Shown here one piece after another: positions 55,262 through 63,777 of a stretch of DNA of 64,000 nt. Every line of letters begins with the position of its first letter. Position 1 is the stretch's first letter. A program made the position numbers and the translations under genes. The notes under the pieces are model-generated. The model worked only from the letters and a program-made list of their open reading frames with translations. It ran no database searches and was not told where the DNA came from. The stretch comes from an uncultured Roseateles sp. (GTDB lineage: Bacteria; Pseudomonadota; Gammaproteobacteria; Burkholderiales; Burkholderiaceae_C), in the NCBI GenBank assembly GCA_963422335.1, contig OY729424.1:6473974-6537973 (forward strand), written 5' to 3'.

Positions 55262-58200
55262 TCAGATGGCCTTGCGCCGACGCAGGGCCAACAGCCCCAC
55301 CCCACCCAGCAGCATCGCCCAGGTCGGCACCTCGGGCACGGCCCCCACCTGCAGCACCGTCAGCTTGACCAGATCCTGGTTGTAGTCATAGACCACGTCG
55401 TACTGGAAGCCCTGGCCGAAGCCATCGACGCTGACGCTGGCAAAGGCGCCCGTCATCTGGCCGGTGGCGTCGAGTATCACGAACTCATCGCCATTGCTCA
55501 GCGCGCAGCCGGCGATGCAATGCAGGGCCAGGGTGCCATTGAGGCTGGCCGTGCCATTGATCAGGAAGCGGTCGAAGGCCAGGCTGCTGGCCAGTTCGAC
55601 GTCGAAGCTGCCGGCACCGGTCTGCAGATAGTTGCCGTTCAAGGTCAAGGTGCCGGCCGAGCTGCCCGGCGCCAGATGGCCCGTATTCGTCAGCTGGTTG
55701 GTCGAGAAGGCGCCGGTGCCCATCATCGTGCCGGGATTGTTGAAGTTGGTCGGCAGCAGTATCGTGCCCGACTGCACCTCCATCACGCCCGGGTTGCTGA
55801 AGGCCAAGCCGCCGCCTATGGCCATGGTGCCGACACCGGCCGACTTCACCAGCCGCCCCTGGTTGACGATGCTGGGGGTGGCGCCGCCATTGTTGACAAA
55901 GCTCATATCGGCCTGCACGTCCAGCAGGCCCTCGTTGATCAGCTGGGCGCTGCTTTGCAGGAACAGCGTGTTGCCGGTGGCCCAGGCCAGCGTGCCCTTG
56001 TTGGTCAGGGTGACGGTGCTGAGGAATTTGTTGCCGCCGTTGACGCCGCTCAGGGTGGCGCCCGGCGCGATCTCCCAGCCGCCGACCAGGAAACCGCCGC
56101 TGAACTCGGCCGCGCCGCTCAGCCGTGCCGCCGAGCCGGTGAAACCGCCGTTGCGCAGCGACAGATTGCTGCTGCCGATCTCGCCGGAAAAGACCGCATT
56201 GCCGTTGATGGCCACCACGCCCGCACCGCTCATCTGAGTGCCGGTGTTGAAGCTGGCGTTGTTGCCGACGAAGTTCAGCAGGCCACCGCTGCCCACCTTC
56301 AGCAGGCCGCCGTCGTTGACAAAGGCGATGCTGCCGACGTTGACCGTCTGGCCGGCCGCCACCTGCAGGGTGCCGCTGTTGTTGAAGGTCGGGGTGCTGC
56401 CACCGTTGTTGACCAGGGTCATGCCGGCCTGTGCGTCGAACAGGCCCCGGTTGTCCAGCAGGGCGGCGCTTTGCATGAACAGCGAATCGGGGGTCTGCCA
56501 GGCGAGGGTGCCCTTGTTGACCAGAGTGACCGTGCTGAGGAATTTGTTGCCGCCGCTCTGGCCCGCGATGGTCTGGCCGGCGGCCAGTTCCCAGCTGCCT
56601 GTCAGGAAGCCGCCGGTGAGCTCGACCATGCCGCCGACCACCACCTTGGAGCCCGCACTGCCGTCGCCGCCGATGAAGGCGCCATTGGCCAGGCGCAGGT
56701 TCTGCGACTGGAAGTCATCGACAAAGCGCGCATTGTTGCTGATCAGATTGACGCCTGCCCCGAGGAACTTCGTGCCGCTGTTGAAGGTGGCATTGCCACC
56801 GGCAAAGTTCAGGCTGCCAGCCACTTCGAGGGTGCCGCCGTTGTTGACGAAGGCGATGCTGCCGACGGTGCCGCCCTGCCCGCCGGCAACGCTCAGCGTG
56901 CCGCTGTTGATTAAGCTGGAGGTCGCCCCGCCGTTGTTGACCAGGGACATGCCGGTGCTCATCACGAAGCTGCCCTGGTTGTCCAGCAGGCTGCCGCTCT
57001 GCAGGAACAGCGAATTGCCGCTCTGCCACAGCCACTGGCCCTTGTTGACCAGGGCGGCGCCACTGAGGAATTTATTGCCCCCGTCCTGGCCCAGCAGGGT
57101 CTGGCCGGCGCCCAGCTCCCAGCTGCCGGTGATCACGCCGCCCAGAAAGGCCACCGTACCGGAGATGACCGCGCCACCGCCCGTGTAGGTGCCGTTCTCC
57201 AGGCGCAGATTGCTGGAACCGATGGCGCCATTGAAGCTGGCATTGTTGGTGATCCGGTTCACGCCGGCGCCGGTGAACTGCGAGCCGGCGTTGAAGCTGG
57301 CGTTGCCGCCGGCAAAGTTCAGCGTGCCCTGCGCATCCATCGTGCCGCCATTGCTGACGAAGGCAATGCTGCCCAGGGTGCCGGTCTGCCCGGTCAGCGC
57401 ACGCAGGGTGCCGCTGTGGGTGAAGCCTGGCGTCGCCCCGCCGTTGTTGACCAGGCTGGCGCTGGCCTGGAGTTCAAAGAGGCCCTGGTTGTCCAGGACC
57501 GAGCCGCTTTGCAGGAACAGCGAATCGGTGGTCTGCCACAGCAGGCTGCCCTGATTGGTCAGGGCAGCGCCGCTCAGGAATTTGTTGCCGCCACCTACGC
57601 CCAGCAGGGTCTGACCGCCGGCCACCGTCCAGCCCCCGGTGAGCACCCCGCCGGCCAAGGACGCGGCACCGCCGATCTGCGCCGCCCCGCCGGTGAACGT
57701 GCCCCCTTGCAGCAGCAGATTCGCCGCGGTGAAGGCACCGTTGAAGACGGCGTTGTTGGTGATGCGCGTCAGGCCCGCGCCGGTGAACTGCGTGCCGGCG
57801 TTGAAGGTGGCATTGCCGCCGCCAAAGTCAATGAAACCGGTCTGCGCGTCTATCGTGCCGCTGTTGATGAAGGCAATGCTGCCGACGCTGCTGCTGCCGG
57901 CGCCGGCGCTCTTGCGGAAGATACCGCTGTTGTTGAACGTCGAGGTGGCGCCGCCGTTGTTGACCAGGGCGTTGTCGCTGCGCGCATCCCACAGGCCGGC
58001 GTTGCTGATCAGCGCCCCGCTCTGCAGGAACAGCGAGTCGGTGGTGTTCCAGTTCACCTTGCCGCTGAGGTTGCTGAAGCTGATGCCGCTGAAGAACTTG
58101 TTGCCGCCAGCGTTGATCTGCAGCGCGTCACCCAGCAGCAGCGGCTGGGGCGCGGTCACGCCGGGGGTGTATAAGCCGCTGCTGAAGACAAAGTCGGTGG

Positions 58201-58282
58201 CTGCGGCCGGAGGTGCGAGCGCCGCGAACAGGGCCGAGGCCAACAGTGAACGATGAAGGACTTGGGGCAGCAGCAGCTTCAT
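55262..58282 (-). CDS. Modular PEP-CTERM-anchored surface protein (five modules of about 170 aa)
   Basis: Signal peptide: MKLLLPQVLHRSLLASALFAALAPPAAA. The GGNKF[FL]S...DSLFLQSG...LVNNGGAT...GSIAF(V/I)N.GG...F.GGNA.FN.G module recurs at about residues 59, 231, 401, 575 and 745. The C-terminus VPEVPTWAMLLGGVGLLALRRRK is a PEP-CTERM variant. Confidence 0.85.
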   Translation of the reverse strand: MKLLLPQVLHRSLLASALFAALAPPAAATDFVFSSGLYTPGVTAPQPLLLGDALQINAGGNKFFSGISFSNLSGKVNWNTTDSLFLQSGALISNAGLWDARSDNALVNNGGATSTFNNSGIFRKSAGAGSSSVGSIAFINSGTIDAQTGFIDFGGGNATFNAGTQFTGAGLTRITNNAVFNGAFTAANLLLQGGTFTGGAAQIGGAASLAGGVLTGGWTVAGGQTLLGVGGGNKFLSGAALTNQGSLLWQTTDSLFLQSGSVLDNQGLFELQASASLVNNGGATPGFTHSGTLRALTGQTGTLGSIAFVSNGGTMDAQGTLNFAGGNASFNAGSQFTGAGVNRITNNASFNGAIGSSNLRLENGTYTGGGAVISGTVAFLGGVITGSWELGAGQTLLGQDGGNKFLSGAALVNKGQWLWQSGNSLFLQSGSLLDNQGSFVMSTGMSLVNNGGATSSLINSGTLSVAGGQGGTVGSIAFVNNGGTLEVAGSLNFAGGNATFNSGTKFLGAGVNLISNNARFVDDFQSQNLRLANGAFIGGDGSAGSKVVVGGMVELTGGFLTGSWELAAGQTIAGQSGGNKFLSTVTLVNKGTLAWQTPDSLFMQSAALLDNRGLFDAQAGMTLVNNGGSTPTFNNSGTLQVAAGQTVNVGSIAFVNDGGLLKVGSGGLLNFVGNNASFNTGTQMSGAGVVAINGNAVFSGEIGSSNLSLRNGGFTGSAARLSGAAEFSGGFLVGGWEIAPGATLSGVNGGNKFLSTVTLTNKGTLAWATGNTLFLQSSAQLINEGLLDVQADMSFVNNGGATPSIVNQGRLVKSAGVGTMAIGGGLAFSNPGVMEVQSGTILLPTNFNNPGTMMGTGAFSTNQLTNTGHLAPGSSAGTLTLNGNYLQTGAGSFDVELASSLAFDRFLINGTASLNGTLALHCIAGCALSNGDEFVILDATGQMTGAFASVSVDGFGQGFQYDVVYDYNQDLVKLTVLQVGAVPEVPTWAMLLGGVGLLALRRRKAI

Positions 58283-58364
58283 GGGGGCGCTCCATCGACG
58301 GGCAACAGCGCATCGCTAACACTAGGCGCTGGCTACGCTCGCCACACCCCCGATTTGCGGGGGA

Positions 58365-59153
58365 TCAGGGCTCGATGAACTTGAAGCGCGTGCCGGCCGG
58401 AAACTGCAGACCGAAGGTGGTGGCCAGCACGTCCAGCAACTCATCCTGATCGCGCAGCCGGTGCGAGATCTGCGCGCCCTGGCCTTCGTTGATGCTCAGC
58501 TCCAGATTGCGCAGCAGATAGCGCCGCTCGGGCGTGCTGCGCACCGCCACCAGGGTGAAGGTGAAACGCGAGTCGGGGTGGGTGGCGGTGAAGTAGTTGG
58601 CCTGCTCGTAGTCGACCGCGATCTGTGGCTCCAGCGAGAAGATGTAGACATCGGTCCACTGCTGCCCCTCCCAGACCTGCAGCCCCCACAGCGGGCCCTC
58701 GCGCATCAGCCGGTAGCGCCACAGGCCTATGCGCTGCTCCTCGGCCTCGACCAGCACCATGGGCTGCATCAGCCCCTGCGAACCAAAGCCGACGTCTGCC
58801 AGCCAGGGCTGACCGGCTATCTGCACCAGCAGCATCATGTGCGTGCGCGCCCGCACCGTCGTCGCGCGATAGCGCACGCGGGCAATCAAGGTCTGCAGCT
58901 CGAAGCCCAGCGCCTGCAGCGCCTCGGCCAGCAGGCGGTTCTGCTCGAAGCAGTAGCCGCCGCGCCGGGCTCGCACCAGCTTGGCCTGGACGCTGTCAAT
59001 GTCAATGCGAATCGGACGGCCGAGCAGGATGTCCAGGTTCTCGAACGGAATGCTCAGCGCATGGGCGCGGTGCACGGCACGCAGCACGGCCAGGCTGGGC
59101 GCGCGCTCGCCCGTGTAGCCGATGCGCTGCAGATAGGCGTCCAGATCGAACAT
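58365..59153 (-). CDS. Arylamine N-acetyltransferase (NAT family)
   Basis: MFDLDAYLQRIGYTGERAPSLAVLRAVHRAHALSIPFENLDILLGRPI...RGGYCFEQN contains the catalytic Cys. 262 aa, with a G-rich Shine-Dalgarno. Confidence 0.85.
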   Translation of the reverse strand: MFDLDAYLQRIGYTGERAPSLAVLRAVHRAHALSIPFENLDILLGRPIRIDIDSVQAKLVRARRGGYCFEQNRLLAEALQALGFELQTLIARVRYRATTVRARTHMMLLVQIAGQPWLADVGFGSQGLMQPMVLVEAEEQRIGLWRYRLMREGPLWGLQVWEGQQWTDVYIFSLEPQIAVDYEQANYFTATHPDSRFTFTLVAVRSTPERRYLLRNLELSINEGQGAQISHRLRDQDELLDVLATTFGLQFPAGTRFKFIEP

Positions 59154-59226
59154 CGCTCCCCTCCCCGAGGCCTTTGATTCAGCCGCGCAGTGTGCACGGT
59201 TTTTCGTCGTCCGTGATGGCCCCGGT

Positions 59227-59256
59227 TTGACGCTGCCAGCCGGCCCCCGCTACACT
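59227..59256 (+). promoter_or_regulatory. sigma70-type promoter candidate for the glycine riboswitch-dadA transcript
   Basis: TTGACG (59227-32), an 18-nt spacer, then TACACT (59251-56). This places the start site about 5-10 nt before the first aptamer. Confidence 0.5.
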
Positions 59257-59268
59257 GCGCCCCGGAAC

Positions 59269-59468
59269 ACAGGAGAGAGCAGGCAGGCGTCAAACACGCT
59301 GGCCTGCCGCCGAAGGCGCAAGCTCCCATACTCGCTCAGGCCCCGTACTGTTTCCATTCACAGCCGAACTGGAGAGAGGGCGCAGACGCAAGGTCTGCAC
59401 CCCACCGAAGGAGCAACGCAAGGCGGCAACGCTTTTTTGCGGAATCTCTCAGGTACCAAGGACAGGGG
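59269..59468 (+). promoter_or_regulatory. Tandem glycine riboswitch (two aptamers)
   Basis: Aptamer 1: ACAGGAGAGAGCAGGCAGGC...GCCUGCCGCCGAAGGCGCAAGCUCCC...CUCGCUCAGGC...CUGU. Aptamer 2: CUGGAGAGAGGGCGCAGAC...GUCUGCACCCCACCGAAGGAGCAACGC...AAUCUCUCAGGUACCAAGGACAG. Both carry the GGAGAG / CCGAAGG-GCAA / CUCAGG signature boxes in the canonical order. Confidence 0.85.
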
Positions 59469-59502
59469 GAGCGGCGCGAGATGCGCGCGCTCACCTGTTT
59501 TT
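59463..59502 (+). terminator. Riboswitch expression-platform terminator
   Basis: CAGG-ggGAGCG(g)CGCG-agaug-CGCGCGCUC-a-CCUG is followed directly by UUUUU. The 5' CAGG is shared with the 3' strand of aptamer-2 P1, as expected for a glycine ON switch. Confidence 0.7.
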
Positions 59503-59551
59503 CGGAATGCGTCATCTCGTTTGCTTTGCTCAAACCCGATGAGAGTTCTCC

Positions 59552-60862
59552 ATGAAAGTAATCGTTCTTGGCGCCGGCGTGACCGGCGTGACCACCGCCT
59601 GGTATCTGCATGAGGCCGGCCATGAGGTGACGGTGATAGACCGCCAGCCGGCCGCTGCGATGGAAACCAGCTTCGCCAATGGCGGCCAGGTGTCGGTCTC
59701 GCACGCCGAACCCTGGGCCAACCCGAGCGCTCCGTTCAAGGTCTTGAAGTGGCTGATGAAGGAAGACGCGCCGCTGCTGTTCCGCCTGCGTGCCGATCCG
59801 GCGCAGTGGCGCTGGGGCCTGCAGTTCCTGCGCGAATGCACGCCGGCCCGCACCCGCCACAACATCCGCCAGATCGTCAGTCTGGGCCTGTACAGCCGCG
59901 GCCAGCTGCAAAGCCTGCGCCAGCGCACCGGCCTGCAGTACGACCAGCTGACTGAAGGCATCCTGCACTTCTACACCAGCCAGCGCGAATTCGACGACGC
60001 GCAGGCGCCGGCCCGGCTGATGCGCGAGCAGGGCTGCGAGCTGGACATGAAGAGCGCCGACGAATGCGTGGCCATCGAGCCGGCGCTGGCGCAATGCCGC
60101 TCAAAAATCGTCGGTGGCAGCATGACGCCCAGCGACGAGTCGGGTGACGCCCACCGTTTCACCCAGGGCCTGGCCGGCCTGGCGCAGCAGCAGGGCGTGC
60201 GCTTTCTGTACGACACCCGCATCCTGTGCGTGCAGCGCGAGGGTCAGGTCATGACGGGCGTGCAGGTGGCCGACGCGCAGGGCGTGGTGCGCACTGAGCG
60301 TGCCGATGCCTATGTGCTGTGCCTGGGCTCGTTCAGCCGCGGCCTGGCCCGCGATCTGGGCATCTCGCTGAACATCTATCCGGCCAAGGGCTACTCGGTC
60401 ACCCTGCCGGTCACCGCACCCGAGCAGTCCTACAGCGTGTCGCTGACCGACGACGAGTACAAGCTGGTGTTCTCGCGCCTCGGCGACCGGCTGCGCATTG
60501 CCGGCACGGCCGAGCTCAATGGCTACAACACCGATCTCAACCTGCTGCGCTGCGAGGCCATCGTGCGGCGCGTGCGCGAGCTGTTCCCGAACATGACCGA
60601 TGGCCGGGGCGCCCGGTACTGGACCGGCCTGCGCCCGGCCACGCCCAGCAACCTGCCGTACATCGGCCGCAGCGCGGTTGGCAACCTGTTCCTCAACACC
60701 GGCCACGGCACCTTGGGCTGGACACACAGCTGCGGCTCGGCCGCGGCGGTGGCCGACATCGTTAGCGGCCGGGCCCCGCAGGTGGACTATGGCTTCACCG
60801 GCCAGCCGGCCCCGCGGCGCTGGTGGGGCGGCAGCAACGCCGGGGCAACGGCGCCGGCCTGA
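59552..60862 (+). CDS. dadA: FAD-dependent D-amino-acid dehydrogenase (DadA family)
   Basis: MKVIVLGAGVTGVTTAWYLHEAGHEVTVIDRQPAAAMETSFANGGQVS... is colinear with DadA throughout. Examples: YPAKGYSVTLP, WTGLRPATPSNLPYIG, FLNTGHGTLGWTHSCGSA. Confidence 0.85.
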   Translation: MKVIVLGAGVTGVTTAWYLHEAGHEVTVIDRQPAAAMETSFANGGQVSVSHAEPWANPSAPFKVLKWLMKEDAPLLFRLRADPAQWRWGLQFLRECTPARTRHNIRQIVSLGLYSRGQLQSLRQRTGLQYDQLTEGILHFYTSQREFDDAQAPARLMREQGCELDMKSADECVAIEPALAQCRSKIVGGSMTPSDESGDAHRFTQGLAGLAQQQGVRFLYDTRILCVQREGQVMTGVQVADAQGVVRTERADAYVLCLGSFSRGLARDLGISLNIYPAKGYSVTLPVTAPEQSYSVSLTDDEYKLVFSRLGDRLRIAGTAELNGYNTDLNLLRCEAIVRRVRELFPNMTDGRGARYWTGLRPATPSNLPYIGRSAVGNLFLNTGHGTLGWTHSCGSAAAVADIVSGRAPQVDYGFTGQPAPRRWWGGSNAGATAPA

Positions 60863-60893
60863 TTCTCGCCGTGGTGCAAACTCGGCTTGTGCC

Positions 60894-60920
60894 GCTTGAG
60901 CGTATCCCTTACGCTCAAGC
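60894..60920. repeat. Perfect 11-bp inverted repeat (hairpin) between dadA and the EF-G-like gene
   Basis: GCTTGAGCGTA-tccct-TACGCTCAAGC lies 32 nt after the dadA stop. No U-tract follows on either strand. Confidence 0.6.
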
Positions 60921-61014
60921 CACATCAGGCCGTGAACACGCCCCGATTGAGAGACGCGCTCAGACCTGCCTAGCCACGCTGGTCACGCAGCCCGGAGGGC
61001 TGCAAGGAGTGCTC

Positions 61015-63066
61015 ATGTCTTCAAGCACGCATCCCGGCATTGCAGCGATACGGACCCTCGCCCTGGTGGGCCCCGCTGCAGCCGGTAAAACCACCCTGAT
61101 CGAGGCCCTGCTGCACAAGGCGGGCGCCATCTCCACCCCGGGCAGCGTCGAGAAGGGCTCGACCGTCAGCGACCATGATCCGCTGGAGCGCCGCATGCAG
61201 CATTCGCTGCAGACCAGCCTGGTCCATCTGACGCACCAGGGCACCCGCATCCACCTGATCGACACCCCCGGAGCGCCCGATTTCATCGGCCAGTCGCTGC
61301 CAGCACTGGAGGCGGTAGACACCGCGGCTATCGTCATCAACGCCCAGACCGGCATCGAGTTGATGGCCGCCCGATTCATGGAAACCGCCGCCCAGCGTGG
61401 CCTGGCGCGCCTGATCATCGTCAACAAGATCGAGGCGCCTGGCGTCAACCTGCCGGCGCTGCTGGCGCAGATACGCGAGACCTTCGGCCGCGAGTGCCTG
61501 CCGCTGAACCTGCCCTCGGGCGGCGGCACGGCGGTGGCCGACTGCTTCTTCCAATCCAGCGGCGCGGCCGACTTCTCGTCGGTGGACGAGGCCCACCGCG
61601 CCCTGGTCGAGCAGGTCGTCGAGGTGGACCCGGACTTCGTCGATCGCTATCTGAATGACGGCGATGTCGATGCCTCCGAGCTGCACGCGCCGCTGGAGCA
61701 GGCGCTGCGCGAGGGCCATCTGATCCCGGTCTGCTTCATGTCGGCGCGCAATGGTGCCGGCGTGGCCGAGCTGCTGGACGTGATCGTGCGCCTGCTGCCC
61801 AACCCGGCCGAGGGCAACCCGCCGCAGTTCGTCAAGGGCGAGGGCGAGGCCGCCAAGCCGCTGCATGCCGAGCCCGATCCGGCCCTGCATGTGCTGGCCC
61901 ATGTGTTCAAGGTCAATATGGACCCCTATCTCGGCAAGATGGGCATCGTGCGCGTGCACCAGGGCACCCTGAGCCGCAACAGCCTGCTCTATGTCGGCGA
62001 TGGCCGCAAACCGTTCAAGGTCGGCCATCTGTTCATGCTGCAGGGCAAGGAGCATGTCGAGGTCACGAATGCGCTGCCCGGCGATCTGTGCGCCATCGCC
62101 AAGGTCGATGAACTGCACTACGACGCGGTGCTGCACGACGCCGCCGAAGACGACCACATCCACCTGCTGCCGATACAGTTCCCCGAGCCCGTGCACGGCC
62201 TTGCGATCGAGCCCAAGCGCCATGGCGATGAGCAGCGGCTGTGGGAAATCCTCACCCGACTGGTGGATGAAGACCCCTGCCTGAAGATCGAGCGCTCTGG
62301 CTCGACCAACGAGACCATCGTCTACGGCCTGGGCGAGCTGCACCTGCGCATGCTGCTGGAGCGCCTGCGCGAGGCCTACAAGTTCGAGGTCAACACCCGG
62401 CCCCCGCGCATCGCCTACCGCGAGACGATTTCGGCCCCGGCCGAGGGCCACCACCGGCACAAGAAGCAGAGCGGCGGCGCCGGCCAGTTCGGCGAGGTCT
62501 ATCTGCGCATCGAGCCGCTGCCGCGCGGCGCCGGCTTCGAGTTTGCCGATGAGGTCAAGGGCGGCACGATACCGGGTCAGTTCATGCCGGCGGTGGAAAA
62601 AGGCGTGCGCCAGGTGCTGGAGACGGGCGTGATCGCCGGCTATCCGCTGGTCGATCTGCGCGTGGTCGTTTTTGACGGCAAGCACCATTCGGTGGACAGC
62701 AAGGAAATTGCCTTCATCGCCGCCGGCCGCAAGGCCTTGATGGCGGCGGTGCGCGAGGCCAGGCCCCTGATCCTGGAGCCCATCGTCCATGTGGACATCA
62801 CCGCGCCCGATGCGGCCATGGGCGACATCACCGGTGACCTCGCCTCAAGGCGCGCGCAGATCAACGGCACGCGCACCCTGGTGCCGGGCAGCATCACGGT
62901 GCAGGCGCAGGCGCCGATGTCGGAGCTGAGCAGCTACCAGACCCGGCTCAATTCGATGACCAGCGGCCAGGGGCGCTACACGCTGCTGCTGTCGCACTAC
63001 GAGCCGGTGCCGCCGAACACCCAGGCCCAGCTGGTGTCGGCACACCACGTGCACGAGGAAGAGTAG
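61015..63066 (+). CDS. Elongation factor G-like translational GTPase paralog with a degenerate catalytic centre
   Basis: Track ORF 60823..63066; I use ATG 61015 with an AAGGAG Shine-Dalgarno (MSSSTHPGIAAIRTLALVGPAAAGKTTLIEALL...). There is five-domain EF-G colinearity (GELHLRMLLERLREAYKFEV, HHRHKKQSGGAGQFGEV, FDGKHHSVDSKEIAF). However, G3 is DTPGAPDF (His replaced by Ala), G4 is NKIE, and switch I is ERRMQHSL. Confidence 0.85.
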   Translation: MSSSTHPGIAAIRTLALVGPAAAGKTTLIEALLHKAGAISTPGSVEKGSTVSDHDPLERRMQHSLQTSLVHLTHQGTRIHLIDTPGAPDFIGQSLPALEAVDTAAIVINAQTGIELMAARFMETAAQRGLARLIIVNKIEAPGVNLPALLAQIRETFGRECLPLNLPSGGGTAVADCFFQSSGAADFSSVDEAHRALVEQVVEVDPDFVDRYLNDGDVDASELHAPLEQALREGHLIPVCFMSARNGAGVAELLDVIVRLLPNPAEGNPPQFVKGEGEAAKPLHAEPDPALHVLAHVFKVNMDPYLGKMGIVRVHQGTLSRNSLLYVGDGRKPFKVGHLFMLQGKEHVEVTNALPGDLCAIAKVDELHYDAVLHDAAEDDHIHLLPIQFPEPVHGLAIEPKRHGDEQRLWEILTRLVDEDPCLKIERSGSTNETIVYGLGELHLRMLLERLREAYKFEVNTRPPRIAYRETISAPAEGHHRHKKQSGGAGQFGEVYLRIEPLPRGAGFEFADEVKGGTIPGQFMPAVEKGVRQVLETGVIAGYPLVDLRVVVFDGKHHSVDSKEIAFIAAGRKALMAAVREARPLILEPIVHVDITAPDAAMGDITGDLASRRAQINGTRTLVPGSITVQAQAPMSELSSYQTRLNSMTSGQGRYTLLLSHYEPVPPNTQAQLVSAHHVHEEE

Positions 63067-63080
63067 CGTCCAATCAGTTG

Positions 63081-63115
63081 GGGACAGAGCTCGGGCTTCG
63101 CCCAAGGTCTGTCCC
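63081..63115. terminator. Hairpin between convergent genes (terminator candidate)
   Basis: GGGACAGA-gctcGGGCttcGCCCaagg-TCTGTCCC has an 8-bp outer stem plus a 4-bp inner stem. It sits between the EF-G-like stop (63066) and the SRPBCC gene stop (63124). AT-rich sequence follows on the plus strand. Confidence 0.5.
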
Positions 63116-63123
63116 GCAATGAA

Positions 63124-63711
63124 TTATTTCGGCGCCGAGGCGGCCGCGGCGGCCTTGGCCTGGGCGCGGTAGGCCTCCAGCTGCGCCAGCCACGGCGCCC
63201 AATCCTTGGGGCCGGTCTCGAAGCGGGTCTTCAGATTGCCCAGCACGCCGCCCCAGGCGCGGTCGAAGTAGGCATAGGTCTTGTCCCACTCGCCGCCATC
63301 GCCCCAGCCGGTGTGGTGCAGCCTGACGCGGGTCTGCTTGTCATCGACCGGCTCGAAGCGCAGCACGACGAAGGTGCGCTGCTGGCGCGCCTCGGGCAGG
63401 CTGGGCGGCGCATTCCAGTCGAAGGACAGCATGCGTTTGGGCTGCAGGGCCATGAAGCGCATATCGTCGGCACCCTTGTTCCCTGGCGTGGCACCCGGGT
63501 CGATGTAGATGTGGAAGGCGCCGCCGACGCGGGCCTCGATCTGTGCATCGGGCGCGAAGAAGCTGGTGATGCCCTCGCGCGTCGTCCAGGCAGCCCAGGC
63601 CTGGTCCAGGCTGGCATTGATCACGACTTCTTTATCAAGACTGCGCTCGGCGGCGGTGGCCGGGCCCACCGCAAGCCACCCGGCAACAAACAACGCAAGC
63701 AGCATCTTCAT
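63124..63711 (-). CDS. Secreted SRPBCC-superfamily (AHSA1/START-like) protein
   Basis: Internal ATG 63711 with a GGAG Shine-Dalgarno: MKMLLALFVAGWLAVGPATAAE is a signal peptide. It is followed by INASLDQAWAAWTTREGITSFFAP...VGGAFHIY...MLSFDWN...RVRLHHTGWG, typical of AHSA1-like domains. Confidence 0.75.
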   Translation of the reverse strand: MKMLLALFVAGWLAVGPATAAERSLDKEVVINASLDQAWAAWTTREGITSFFAPDAQIEARVGGAFHIYIDPGATPGNKGADDMRFMALQPKRMLSFDWNAPPSLPEARQQRTFVVLRFEPVDDKQTRVRLHHTGWGDGGEWDKTYAYFDRAWGGVLGNLKTRFETGPKDWAPWLAQLEAYRAQAKAAAAASAPK

Positions 63712-63777
63712 GGAGACTCCTTGAGGTCGGACCGAAAGCAAAACGGGGCCAGGACAACGCAGCTTTATCATACGCAT

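Noticed and set aside
61021-62790. 589-aa minus-strand ORF opposite the EF-G-like gene
   Set aside because: It is a shadow ORF. The plus frame has GTPase motifs and EF-G domain colinearity.
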